Shown: positions 46,254-55,040 of the stretch, piece after piece
Numbering within the stretch: the first letter of the stretch is position 1
How the letters are laid out: each line of letters starts with the position of its first letter
Virus record (IMG/VR): IMGVR_UViG_3300010396_000010
Coordinates: 1-64,000 of that record
Strand: one strand, 5' to 3'
Origin: a virus
Length of the DNA: 64,000 nt
The notes under the pieces: model-generated
Database searches by the model: none
Told to the model about the DNA's origin: nothing
What the model saw: the letters and a program-made list of their open reading frames with translations, nothing else
Program-made: the position numbers and the translations under genes

Positions 46254-47768
46254 CTACCAGTTCGCGGTGTGGAATACGCGGGTATCCTGATGGTCTTTCA
46301 CCAACGCTAGCCGTTTTTCCAGACTGAGGAACGCCGCGCGTCCCGCCATCGCCGTGATCGCGTCACCCACGCCGTCAGCCTGATCATCATGCCGACCATT
46401 GGGAATTTGAATCAGTTCGGTTTCATAGTCATAGATCCAGGGAGCGCCACGCCGATGGTAGACGGACTTTGCCCGATAGTGCGCCGCCGTTGTTGCCTGG
46501 CGACTCTCTTTATCCCCATGCCGCTCTAGTTCGATGATGGGCAGTCCTAACCGCCGCGCATACTGGATGAGGGTAAGCTGGTAGGCGACCTTCTCAATGC
46601 CCACCGCGTAAGGATGCCATCGCGTATATGCTGTGTTGATCTCGTCCGGTTGTTCAGGACCAGGGAGTTTCTTGCGAACGATATCCACCACGAAGAAGCG
46701 GCCTTGGTGTGAGGCCACCGTCGCAATGACGAAATAGTCCGCCTTGGTCTTGACACTTGCCGCAGGGTCCACCGCCTGAAACCAGCGACAGGCACGGAAA
46801 CTGACCGTCTCCTCAACGCCACTACTGTTCGTGAAGGTGATGCATTCGCGCTGCTCATCGACTTCGGCATACTGGAACCACTCCCGCTTGAAGGTGTTGC
46901 CTTCTTCGCTGCCGGGGTTGCCCTGGTAGAGACAGAGGAAATCAATGGGGTCCAGATCCTTCCGAATCTCGCGCAGCGCGTCAATGCCCCACACATCCGG
47001 CCAGTAGGATTCTTCGTTATCCGCCTCGCCCGTAATGGCGGGGAACGTCACGAGGTCAAATCCCATCTTTGCTAGTCGCGGCACCGCATCATCATAGTGC
47101 CAGCGGTTGCAGACAAAGATGATGCGCCCACCGGGTTTGAGGCGACTCTTGATCACGGTCATAAAACGCCGGATAAACCGCGCCCGCCACGTCGGACTCT
47201 CAATCTCGTTCGGGTCAAACGGGTCGTCCAGAATAATCAGGTCGGCGCGACGCCCAAGAGCGCCACCCATGAAGCCCATGCTGGAATACTGCGGGTCTTT
47301 CGCGCCCTGGTGACTCCACCCATCCTTGTCAACTATCGGCCATTTGCCGCTATGATCCCGCCACTTGAAGTACAAGCCCCGACTGGACCAGCCACGTTCT
47401 TTGTCCGGCATCACATCAGGAAAGATTTCCTCATGCCGCCCGTTTTGCTCATACACCTGCTGCAACGCCGTCAAGTAGGCGACAGCTTTATCATCGTTGG
47501 CGTGCAGGTGTAGCACAATCCAGTCAGGGTGATTGCCAATAATCCACGCTGGGGCGATCTCCGAGATCCACGTGCTTTTGCCGCTGCCGGGTGGACATAC
47601 CACCACCGATCCCTTATTCCACTCCCTTGGCGCGACGGCATTGATAATGCCCTGATGGTGTGGCGCTGGTCGCAGCCCACGTGTCAGGACGCCATAGATG
47701 GCAAGAGATTCCCTCCCCCGGAGGATTTCGAGGGGTTTGAGTGCAGTGGGATCATCCATGTATTTCAC
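46254..47768 (-). CDS. terL: terminase large subunit
   Basis: PPGSGKS, GRRADLIILDDP, RWHYDD, YQGNP, AVDPA and HDDQAD motifs. Confidence 0.95.
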   Translation of the reverse strand: MKYMDDPTALKPLEILRGRESLAIYGVLTRGLRPAPHHQGIINAVAPREWNKGSVVVCPPGSGKSTWISEIAPAWIIGNHPDWIVLHLHANDDKAVAYLTALQQVYEQNGRHEEIFPDVMPDKERGWSSRGLYFKWRDHSGKWPIVDKDGWSHQGAKDPQYSSMGFMGGALGRRADLIILDDPFDPNEIESPTWRARFIRRFMTVIKSRLKPGGRIIFVCNRWHYDDAVPRLAKMGFDLVTFPAITGEADNEESYWPDVWGIDALREIRKDLDPIDFLCLYQGNPGSEEGNTFKREWFQYAEVDEQRECITFTNSSGVEETVSFRACRWFQAVDPAASVKTKADYFVIATVASHQGRFFVVDIVRKKLPGPEQPDEINTAYTRWHPYAVGIEKVAYQLTLIQYARRLGLPIIELERHGDKESRQATTAAHYRAKSVYHRRGAPWIYDYETELIQIPNGRHDDQADGVGDAITAMAGRAAFLSLEKRLALVKDHQDTRVFHTANW

Positions 47769-47781
47769 CTAATACTTGTCA

Positions 47782-47991
47782 TTAATCCCACATAGGCTTC
47801 GTCGCCACTTTCCCGCATTCCCAATCCGCAGTTCCCCAATCCAGATACGACATACCATGCACACCACTCTGTTGCAGCGTGTGCTTCACGGCATGCCGGA
47901 ACTGCTTATGAGCATGCCGCTTATGCCGTTTCCTGCTGCCGTTATGGCAGTGCTGACACGAACAGGACTTGTACTCCCGGAACTTGTTCAT
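47782..47991 (-). CDS. small basic Cys/His protein
   Basis: CSCQHC plus His/Lys/Arg-rich helix. Confidence 0.55.
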   Translation of the reverse strand: MNKFREYKSCSCQHCHNGSRKRHKRHAHKQFRHAVKHTLQQSGVHGMSYLDWGTADWECGKVATKPMWD

Positions 47992-47994
47992 TGC

Positions 47995-48213
47995 TTACGC
48001 CTCTTTCGGCGCTTCCCGCTTATTTGCTCGGATAATCAAGGTCTTTGGTAGTCCTCTCGCTGTCAATAGTTCGCGCAATTCATCATACGAAAACACTCTC
48101 GCCCCTTCGGGAATGGTGCATATCTCGCAGAGTGGCGATGGCATCATAAAACCACCACGGATATCATGTGCAACCATATCCGCAATCGCCTCTTGATATT
48201 CATCATTCGTCAT
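47995..48213 (-). CDS. hypothetical protein
   Basis: Coupled ORF. Confidence 0.5.
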   Translation of the reverse strand: MTNDEYQEAIADMVAHDIRGGFMMPSPLCEICTIPEGARVFSYDELRELLTARGLPKTLIIRANKREAPKEA

Positions 48214-48512
48214 GGCTTCTCATTCCTGGCTATAGCCGCATTCGCCCACATGACCGCTTCTTCCAATGCTGTCAACGCCAAACTCCGCTCTCGTGACTCC
48301 GGGGCCAGTTCGAGAAAGAGTAGCGCCAACGCTTTCCCCGCATCCCGTAGTTGCCCATACCGCACCACCTGCGTTCCCTGTGGTGCATGATAGGTGAAGT
48401 TATGGATCACCCGATCCCGATTAACGGGCGTCACCTTTGACTTCTTGGCTGCCACTGGCTTTCCCTTTAGTTGTGTTGCAGGGATGAATAACTCTTTGTC
48501 GTCACTAGCCAT
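48210..48512 (-). CDS. Acb2/Tad1-like cyclic-nucleotide sponge candidate
   Basis: NFTYHAP..RY..LR..APESRERSLALTALEEAVMWANAAIARNE hairpin motif. Confidence 0.65.
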   Translation of the reverse strand: MASDDKELFIPATQLKGKPVAAKKSKVTPVNRDRVIHNFTYHAPQGTQVVRYGQLRDAGKALALLFLELAPESRERSLALTALEEAVMWANAAIARNEKP

Positions 48513-48515
48513 TGC

Positions 48516-48851
48516 TTATTCCTCACCCATCATGGCACGAAACACGATCTCATATTGGCGCGTGAACTCTCGGTCCGCCTCGCGCATCACGTTATAGATC
48601 CGTCCTGCTTCTTCCCGCCAGTGCTGCTGCATCTGCCGCTCGGCCTCATCACCGAAATCATCATGCAATCCTGCTACGATGCGCTCTATTTCCCGTAGCG
48701 TCTCTTCACTTATCACTGCCTGCCCCTTCGTCTGCTCCAATGAAATTTCTTTGTAGAATTTAGCGCGGTGCTTAGCCTTATCCACCGCGCCCCTTGTGCA
48801 ATCATCGGCCCCTATGCAGTTACACAGCCGCCCCTCGGTGACACGTGACAC
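48516..48851 (-). CDS. hypothetical protein
   Basis: ORF upstream in the same operon. Confidence 0.5.
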   Translation of the reverse strand: MSRVTEGRLCNCIGADDCTRGAVDKAKHRAKFYKEISLEQTKGQAVISEETLREIERIVAGLHDDFGDEAERQMQQHWREEAGRIYNVMREADREFTRQYEIVFRAMMGEE

Positions 48852-49026
48852 GGCGCATGCTGCGGCGAAGACATCTTATCAGCGATGGGCGACGGCACCA
48901 CATGACGGCGCTCACAGCGCGTCACGGCATGCACCTCGCAGGTATGGCGTCTATACGCGCATGCGCCTACGCACACACGGATATCGAACGGTAGGCGCAT
49001 AATGGATATGACTATTGGCAGTATAT

Positions 49027-49055
49027 TTGACATGGATACTCAGATGTGTGATACT
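49027..49055 (+). promoter_or_regulatory. sigma70 promoter of the inverted early cassette
   Basis: TTGACA-17-GATACT. Confidence 0.7.
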
Positions 49056-49059
49056 GAAT

Positions 49060-49368
49060 CAACAACTGAATACCACCTGATGAGCGAAGGGGACACGCGG
49101 GACCACGAACACCGTTACCAAGACTGGTCCATCTTGGTTACTTGAACAATTGAATCAGCAGAGACGTATTAGAGCGGACCTATCCGATCTTATGAGTAGC
49201 GTGCAGTGTGAATGCATGCCGAGATCTCAGAGTAGGGGGACGATCCTCAACCTGTGAGAGCCGGGACTCTGATATGCATAGCGGCAAGCAAAACCAGTGT
49301 TTGGTAGGACTCATAATCCTGCCTGTGCAGATGCGACTTCTGCGCTTGTCGCCCGGCTCAGATGAGCC
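49060..49368 (+). ncRNA. structured leader RNA of unknown family
   Basis: Nested stems TTATGAGT/ACTCATAA, ATGCAT/ATGCAT, TCAGAGT/ACTCTGA; hairpin ACCAAGA/TCTTGGT; boxA-like AACAA(C/T)TGAAT twice. Confidence 0.45.
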
Positions 49369-49398
49369 TATCACAAGAAAAGAAACGAGACAACGACC

Positions 49399-49569
49399 AT
49401 GTCAAAGGAACAACTGCTCAAGATCATTGCTCATGCACAAGCACAAATCGATGAGATGGAAGCAGAGGAATCACTGTACGAGTATGAGTACCGCGAAGAG
49501 CGCGCTTTGGATATGCGTATGGAAGCATACGCCTATTATAGCGGACTCAATGACGACTACGATTATTAG
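49399..49569 (+). CDS. 56-aa acidic, Tyr-rich protein (not in the ORF track)
   Basis: MSKEQLLKIIAHAQAQIDEMEAEESLYEYEYREERALDMRMEAYAYYSGLNDDYDY; preceded by the conserved leader. Confidence 0.7.
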   Translation: MSKEQLLKIIAHAQAQIDEMEAEESLYEYEYREERALDMRMEAYAYYSGLNDDYDY

Positions 49570-49633
49570 GCCGAAACCTAGGGGACTATACATCCCTGAT
49601 GGTCTGCTGGTTATGCCAGCACTGAGGATGGCC
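49569..49633 (+). ncRNA. type II hammerhead ribozyme
   Basis: GGCC-GAAA-CC...GG-TC (cleavage after 49604)-TGCTGG/CCAGCA-CTGAGGA-T-GGCC: all core nucleotides and stems I-III present. Confidence 0.8.
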
Positions 49634-49679
49634 GCTCTCACTGAGAGCTAGTATCGCAAGAAAAAAAAAGAGACAAACC

Positions 49680-49943
49680 ATGAACGTCTATCAGCAGACC
49701 TTGTACGACCGTGCAGCAGATGGCACTTTCCAACCCAGCGTAACGGAATCCGGTGTCGCCTGTCAGTCGTGCGTACAAGACTGGATCAATGGCAGCAGTC
49801 AACAGCGTCGGCAAGATGATGGATCGCTCGTCTTGGTTGAGTGGCATCATTACAATCTGATCTCCATCATCATCATCAACCAGCCAAACCAATACCTTGA
49901 CGCATGCGAGACGTTGCACACTGCATCATGCGTGTGCTGCTAA
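49680..49943 (+). CDS. small early protein
   Basis: Preceded by the conserved leader; CQSC and CETLH motifs. Confidence 0.6.
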   Translation: MNVYQQTLYDRAADGTFQPSVTESGVACQSCVQDWINGSSQQRRQDDGSLVLVEWHHYNLISIIIINQPNQYLDACETLHTASCVCC

Positions 49944-49982
49944 GACAGCACACATCACAAGAAAGAAAAGAGACAAACCACC

Positions 49983-50192
49983 ATGAAAACCATCATGCTG
50001 CTGATCGTATCCATCATCCTGTTGTGCGCCATTGGCACCGCACACATGCACACAGCAACCTACCCCAGCAACGTGTGTGCCAGCAATCAGCACATTGCCT
50101 CGTATGCACAGCCAACCACCGTGCGGGTACTGGTGCCAGGCAGCACCGATCCCCAAGTGGTCGATATCCAGCAGTGCGTAGCCAACCACTAG
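49983..50192 (+). CDS. small secreted/membrane peptide
   Basis: Signal-like MKTIMLLIVSIILLCAIG; conserved leader. Confidence 0.6.
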   Translation: MKTIMLLIVSIILLCAIGTAHMHTATYPSNVCASNQHIASYAQPTTVRVLVPGSTDPQVVDIQQCVANH

Positions 50193-50289
50193 CCATAGCG
50201 CATGCCGGTACAGCCGTAGCCTTCGATGGCAGCATGCGTACCGATCCTCAGAGCGAGGATCTATCACAAGAGAAACGAGACAAGAAACA

Positions 50290-50580
50290 ATGATGCAAGC
50301 AAACAAGGCGTACCACTTCATCACGAGCGCGGGCGAAATGGGCATATACAGTACCCGCAATCGTAACACGGCCATCATCCATGCCATCGTGCGCGATACT
50401 ACCGCATATGACGATCTGGCTCGGTATGCATCGAGCGATTATCCAGTTTTCGCTCGCTGCGTGCGGGGGTACATCAACGATTTCCACGAGTCGCTATCCC
50501 CGATCTTGTATCAGCTTGCAACGATCCCCAATCTCTGCTGGCTGTATGACATGCTCCGGCAGATGGCCGATATCGGATAG
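50290..50580 (+). CDS. small early protein
   Basis: Conserved leader; last ORF of the cassette. Confidence 0.6.
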   Translation: MMQANKAYHFITSAGEMGIYSTRNRNTAIIHAIVRDTTAYDDLARYASSDYPVFARCVRGYINDFHESLSPILYQLATIPNLCWLYDMLRQMADIG

Positions 50581-50588
50581 GGTGAGGA

Positions 50589-50648
50589 TGGGGGATATAC
50601 TTCTCTAGAGAGGATATATATATCCTCTCTAGAGAAGTATATCCCCCA
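50589..50648. repeat. perfect 60-bp palindrome with no spacer
   Basis: TGGGGGATATACTTCTCTAGAGAGGATATA|TATATCCTCTCTAGAGAAGTATATCCCCCA. Confidence 0.95.
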
Positions 50649-50741
50649 GATCTGCCGCATTGCAAGGCAATGCGAAAGTTTCACCACGAACTGCATAACA
50701 TTGCATGAGAGTACCGCAAAAACACCGCACAATGCGGAACA

Positions 50742-51251
50742 TTATGCCTCATCATCGGATGGCGTGATCTGGCGTGGTGCTTCACTGCGAGACTGGATGA
50801 TCTGCGCGTCGATCATGGCGATCTGATCGTCACTGATGATCCCGGCGCGTTGTGCTTCGGCGAGGATGTGGACGTGCAGGTGTTGCTGTGGCTGTGGTGG
50901 TGTCTGGTCCTGGGGACGTTGCTTGGCATAGGACTCAGGATGGCGGCGCTCTAAGAGCCACGCTGCGGCTTTCCAATCGGTGTCGGCTGCGGCTGTGACT
51001 TTGACCAGTAGGGCATGAGCGCCAAGGGCTTGCGCACGTTGGAGAGACGCAACTAATGCAACATATGGTTGCTCTCCTGACTCACCTTTCCGTAGCCATT
51101 GCCGTAGCGTCTCATGCGAGATACCGCAAGCCTCAGCAGCAAGGTGGTACGTCATGCCGTCAGCAATGAGCGCGACCAGTTGCACCATGAGGCTATCGGT
51201 GAGTTTGGTAGGTCGCCCTCCAGCGTAGCGCGTGATATCGCTCTCACTCAT
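50742..51251 (-). CDS. terS: terminase small subunit-like HTH protein
   Basis: GGRPTKLT..AAEACGISHETLRQWL..DWKAAAWLLERRHPESY. Confidence 0.75.
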   Translation of the reverse strand: MSESDITRYAGGRPTKLTDSLMVQLVALIADGMTYHLAAEACGISHETLRQWLRKGESGEQPYVALVASLQRAQALGAHALLVKVTAAADTDWKAAAWLLERRHPESYAKQRPQDQTPPQPQQHLHVHILAEAQRAGIISDDQIAMIDAQIIQSRSEAPRQITPSDDEA

Positions 51252-51335
51252 GGTACTATCCTTTTGACTAATACTTGACATGAGTAGCAGGATATGCGAG
51301 AATGAAGTATCACAAGTGAATCGAGACAAGAGACA

Positions 51336-51977
51336 ATGCAAGTTACTGTTACCGTGCAAGTGCCTGACAAGCACCGCACACGTGTTCGTCTGTTGCGCAT
51401 GCAGGTGCGACCCGGCGCAGTGGCGCTAGGGAAGGCGCACAGCCGGGCATTGCCAGCAACGCAAGAGATGCCGGTTATCGCGTCACCACTGGACGATCCT
51501 AATTTCATGGGCGGAGTGATGGCGTTACTGTATACGCCAGATCCCACACCCGGTCCCAAGCCACGTAAGGCATCGTGTGATATTGATGCGAAGCTCCTGG
51601 TTGAACTGTGCGATTTCCGTGAGACAGCGCAACGCAACGCCGATCAAGAGCAACAATTTGCCCAGGATCGCGCCGATGAACGCAGCACAGAAAACAAACT
51701 TCGGCAACGTCACGGCAAGGAATTGATTCCCGCTGATCCGGAAATGGAGCAAGAATCGGCTGGTAAGATTGCCGGATACTTGCTCGTTGCGGATGCGATG
51801 CAAGAAGTTATCACGGCATGTAAACGCGGTTTCGATGATTATCTCGCATGCTTACCAGCGCAAGTGGAATATCTAGAAAGCAACATGACCAATCAGAACG
51901 ACCCTTTTAGCAGCATGCGCGACAAAATTATTGCCGCCGAAGTCTCTGAAATCACGCGCCGATGGATGGGGGAATAA
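51336..51977 (+). CDS. hypothetical protein
   Basis: Follows the promoter at 51275 and a TATCACAAG leader. Confidence 0.6.
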   Translation: MQVTVTVQVPDKHRTRVRLLRMQVRPGAVALGKAHSRALPATQEMPVIASPLDDPNFMGGVMALLYTPDPTPGPKPRKASCDIDAKLLVELCDFRETAQRNADQEQQFAQDRADERSTENKLRQRHGKELIPADPEMEQESAGKIAGYLLVADAMQEVITACKRGFDDYLACLPAQVEYLESNMTNQNDPFSSMRDKIIAAEVSEITRRWMGE

Positions 51978-51981
51978 GACG

Positions 51982-52968
51982 ATGGCAACGCCAGTTACCT
52001 ACGATCTCCGTGTTGTCGATATCGCCCTTGTGGATGACAACCCGTTTCAGCCGCGCAAGAGTTACGACGAAAAGTATATCTCTGAATTAGGTGCTTCATT
52101 CCGAGAAGAAGCAGCAGCACAAGGGCAAGACGATCCCGGCTATGGCGTGAAACAACCGCCTCCGGCCCGCGAAGTCGATGGTCGTTACCAGTTGGCAGCG
52201 GGCCACTGCCGGAAGCGCGGTGTGCTGAAAGCAGATGGTAAAGTGTTCCGGCTGATTGTTGAGGATCTCTCCGATGCCGATATGCGCCGTATCGCTATGA
52301 TTGAAAACATGCAGCGTCAGGACATGAGCCATTCCGATACCGCAACCGGCATTATGGATTATCTCAGAAGTCAAGGCTGGAAAAAGGGTGGTATTGAACC
52401 AACAAATGAACGCGCCATCAAAAAGACGGCTAAGGATCTTGGCAAGCCATGCAGTGAGATTCGCGATTATATCGCGTTCTCTGCCTTGCCAGGCATGGTG
52501 CAAGGCATGGTCGATGCCGGACATCTCTCATTCCGACTGGTGGGCGATCTGGCAAAACTGCCGTTCGCTCAGAGAATGAAAACCTTGCGCATGATCACCA
52601 CTGGCGGTAAAACAGTGGCAGAAGCAGAAGTTTTGATTAAAGCGGCGATCAAGGAAATGGACCGGCAAGAGCAGATGCAACGCTTGGGCATGGCGGGCGA
52701 TCAAGGCGCACTATTCGATGTGCCTGAGACGACGCCAGAGACGCGCCAGGCACAGGCAAAGTATGCCGCCGATATGCAGATGGTCGCAACCATCCTTGCC
52801 AAGTATGGCGATGCTGAGGGGGATGCGCTCACAGCCGCCATGCCGCTCTTAAACTTAGACATCGAACGGGAACGCATCAGGATTATCATTGCCACCGCGA
52901 AGCGGATGGACAGCACGCTCATGGCCGCGCAGTCACAACGCGATATCGCAACCATCATGGGAAAGTGA
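51982..52968 (+). CDS. ParB/Spo0J-like protein
   Basis: NPFQPRK, YQLAAGHCRKR and IENMQRQDM motifs, followed by an HTH. Confidence 0.85.
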   Translation: MATPVTYDLRVVDIALVDDNPFQPRKSYDEKYISELGASFREEAAAQGQDDPGYGVKQPPPAREVDGRYQLAAGHCRKRGVLKADGKVFRLIVEDLSDADMRRIAMIENMQRQDMSHSDTATGIMDYLRSQGWKKGGIEPTNERAIKKTAKDLGKPCSEIRDYIAFSALPGMVQGMVDAGHLSFRLVGDLAKLPFAQRMKTLRMITTGGKTVAEAEVLIKAAIKEMDRQEQMQRLGMAGDQGALFDVPETTPETRQAQAKYAADMQMVATILAKYGDAEGDALTAAMPLLNLDIERERIRIIIATAKRMDSTLMAAQSQRDIATIMGK

Positions 52969-53404
52969 TACTAATAGTTGACAGTGATGGCAGGATGTGA
53001 CACGCTAGCATTGTCAAGAGCGAACGAGAAAGGAAATGACATCGTGTTATCTTTACATCAAATCATTAGGCTGCGCTGGATGCGCTCACTCGGCTATCAG
53101 ATCCCGCCATTCGATTCGATGACACCGTTTGCTGCTGATCTGTGGATCGACAAGGGCGAACGGGAAACGGGTGGACTGGAAAAGGCGTATCGCCAACAGA
53201 TCATTAATCGGGTATTCAACACCAGCGTATATGCTCTGCATATCGCGCGGAATGCTGAGAGTATCGACATTTCACAGGAGTTGATTGAAAGGATTCGGTA
53301 TATTGCAGAAACGCGCGAGATGCGATATTACACGCTAATTCGTGCGTGGTCATGAAAGTCAGGAAGTCGCCAGGATTGTAGGAAAGTAGAAAGGAAACGA
53401 GACG

Positions 53405-53614
53405 ATGAGCCTTGCATGGCAAAAGGCAAAAGCCATCATTGGGTATTACACCACGAAGTTGACCATGCGCCACACTGATCCCGACTTCCAAGAAACCGTA
53501 GTCAAAGACATTGCGGCTATTGAGAAGTTGGCAGAACTGGATCCAGGGGAATTACAAAACTTGCTCCGCACCTACGCGGAGCAACTACGCCAGAACTATT
53601 TGAAAGTCAGGTGA
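53405..53614 (+). CDS. hypothetical protein
   Basis: GAAAGG RBS. Confidence 0.55.
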   Translation: MSLAWQKAKAIIGYYTTKLTMRHTDPDFQETVVKDIAAIEKLAELDPGELQNLLRTYAEQLRQNYLKVR

Positions 53615-53865
53615 ACACCATGCGCGTGAAATTCTTTCGCAATCCGGTTGTGCGCCTGACGATGAAAGCGATCATCCTCAGCGCCATTGCCAAGAAGAAG
53701 AAAACCACGAAGCGCAAGTAACAACGTCAGGCAGGGACGCCACTCACAGCCCATTGTGTCAAATATTGACACAATCCGTCTGGTACACTATCAGCAGCAA
53801 GAAATATCCCGACTGAGGGATTGGTCACAGCGGCCAATATATTCAACAACAAGGAGAATAGAACT

Positions 53866-54114
53866 ATGACACTCCAAGAAGCGTATCAAATCATCAACGA
53901 CGTTGACGAGGGAACCCGAACAGATCGCTACTATCGGCAACTCGCCCAAACATCGCCCATTCCGTTTCACTCTGCTGAGGAGTTGGAAGAGGCATGGCGG
54001 ATCGTCAACGAAGACACGGAAAAACGGATACAGGCAGAACAGGACGCCATGCGGGAGCGGGGATTTGTTGAGGTTGATGGTCAATGGATGAAAATAGAGG
54101 GCGAAGGGAAGTAA
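53866..54114 (+). CDS. acidic hypothetical protein
   Basis: AAGGAG RBS. Confidence 0.6.
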   Translation: MTLQEAYQIINDVDEGTRTDRYYRQLAQTSPIPFHSAEELEEAWRIVNEDTEKRIQAEQDAMRERGFVEVDGQWMKIEGEGK

Positions 54115-54131
54115 CAGAAAGGAACACAACC

Positions 54132-54365
54132 ATGATCGACCAGGAAAAGCTCTTTCAGGAGATCGTGCGAGAGATCGAGGGACTCATTGCAGAGCAAACA
54201 AGATTGCTTGGATCTCCATTACCAACCGCCGTCATCATCCATGACAAGGTTCAGCAAAACTGGTATTCGATTAATAATCGACCTGAATTTGTAGCGCGAC
54301 TACGCGAGCATTTCGGGGTAACTGGCGCGGATATCAGCGGATATATCAATCTACCGCGCCTGTGA
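54132..54365 (+). CDS. hypothetical protein
   Basis: GAAAGG RBS. Confidence 0.55.
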   Translation: MIDQEKLFQEIVREIEGLIAEQTRLLGSPLPTAVIIHDKVQQNWYSINNRPEFVARLREHFGVTGADISGYINLPRL

Positions 54366-55040
54366 AAGAACATGTGCGCTGCTCCCGAACAGATCAGCGC
54401 ACATCAGCAGAAACGACACAGCAGACAACGACGACAGCCACAGACAGAGAACCTTGCCACCAGCAGTATACCCAAGCCTAGTACAGAAAAGCAAGACTCC
54501 CCCAAGAAACCACCGCGAACTGCTGAGAATTGCAGCGATTCGCGGTGGTTTTCCTTATGCAAACGCATACTGAGGCCACGCGGGAAGATACCGCTGCTGC
54601 TGCTCGAAGTAATAGCGGTCGGCGCGATGCAGCAACGCCACCTGCGCGTCAATCAGCGCGGCGAGTTGGTCTCCTGATAATCCCTGCCAGCGGTTCACCA
54701 CCAGCACCACATGACGGCCCAGCTTCACATCGACCAACGGCGCTTTCCTCGATGCCACAAACCGGACCCTGACCCCGCGCATCCGCGCATCATCCACTGC
54801 TGTTGCAAGCCCTGTAGCCATATGGACTACTCCCCCTTCATCGGAATCCCGAATCAATTTTGCTACTAATGCCAATCAAACTCGCAATCGTTCTGCTCCT
54901 ATTATGCCAGCAACATTATCATTTGTCAAGTATATGATACCAAAGACGCTACTAACTCACTGTAAAGGCAGGTCTTGAATTGTGGTATACTATGAGCGGA
55001 ACACACAAACGACACGGCAGCAGCAACGAAAGAGGACCAT

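Noticed and set aside
49070-49125. Second hammerhead at CTGATGAG (49077)
   Set aside because: No GAAA core partner or convincing stems I/III found.
49280-49345. c-di-GMP-I riboswitch
   Set aside because: Only superficial GCAAAACC similarity; no GNRA/receptor or P2 consensus.
49208-49651. 147-aa ORF from the track
   Set aside because: Overlaps the structured leader, the better-supported 56-aa ORF and the hammerhead; no RBS.
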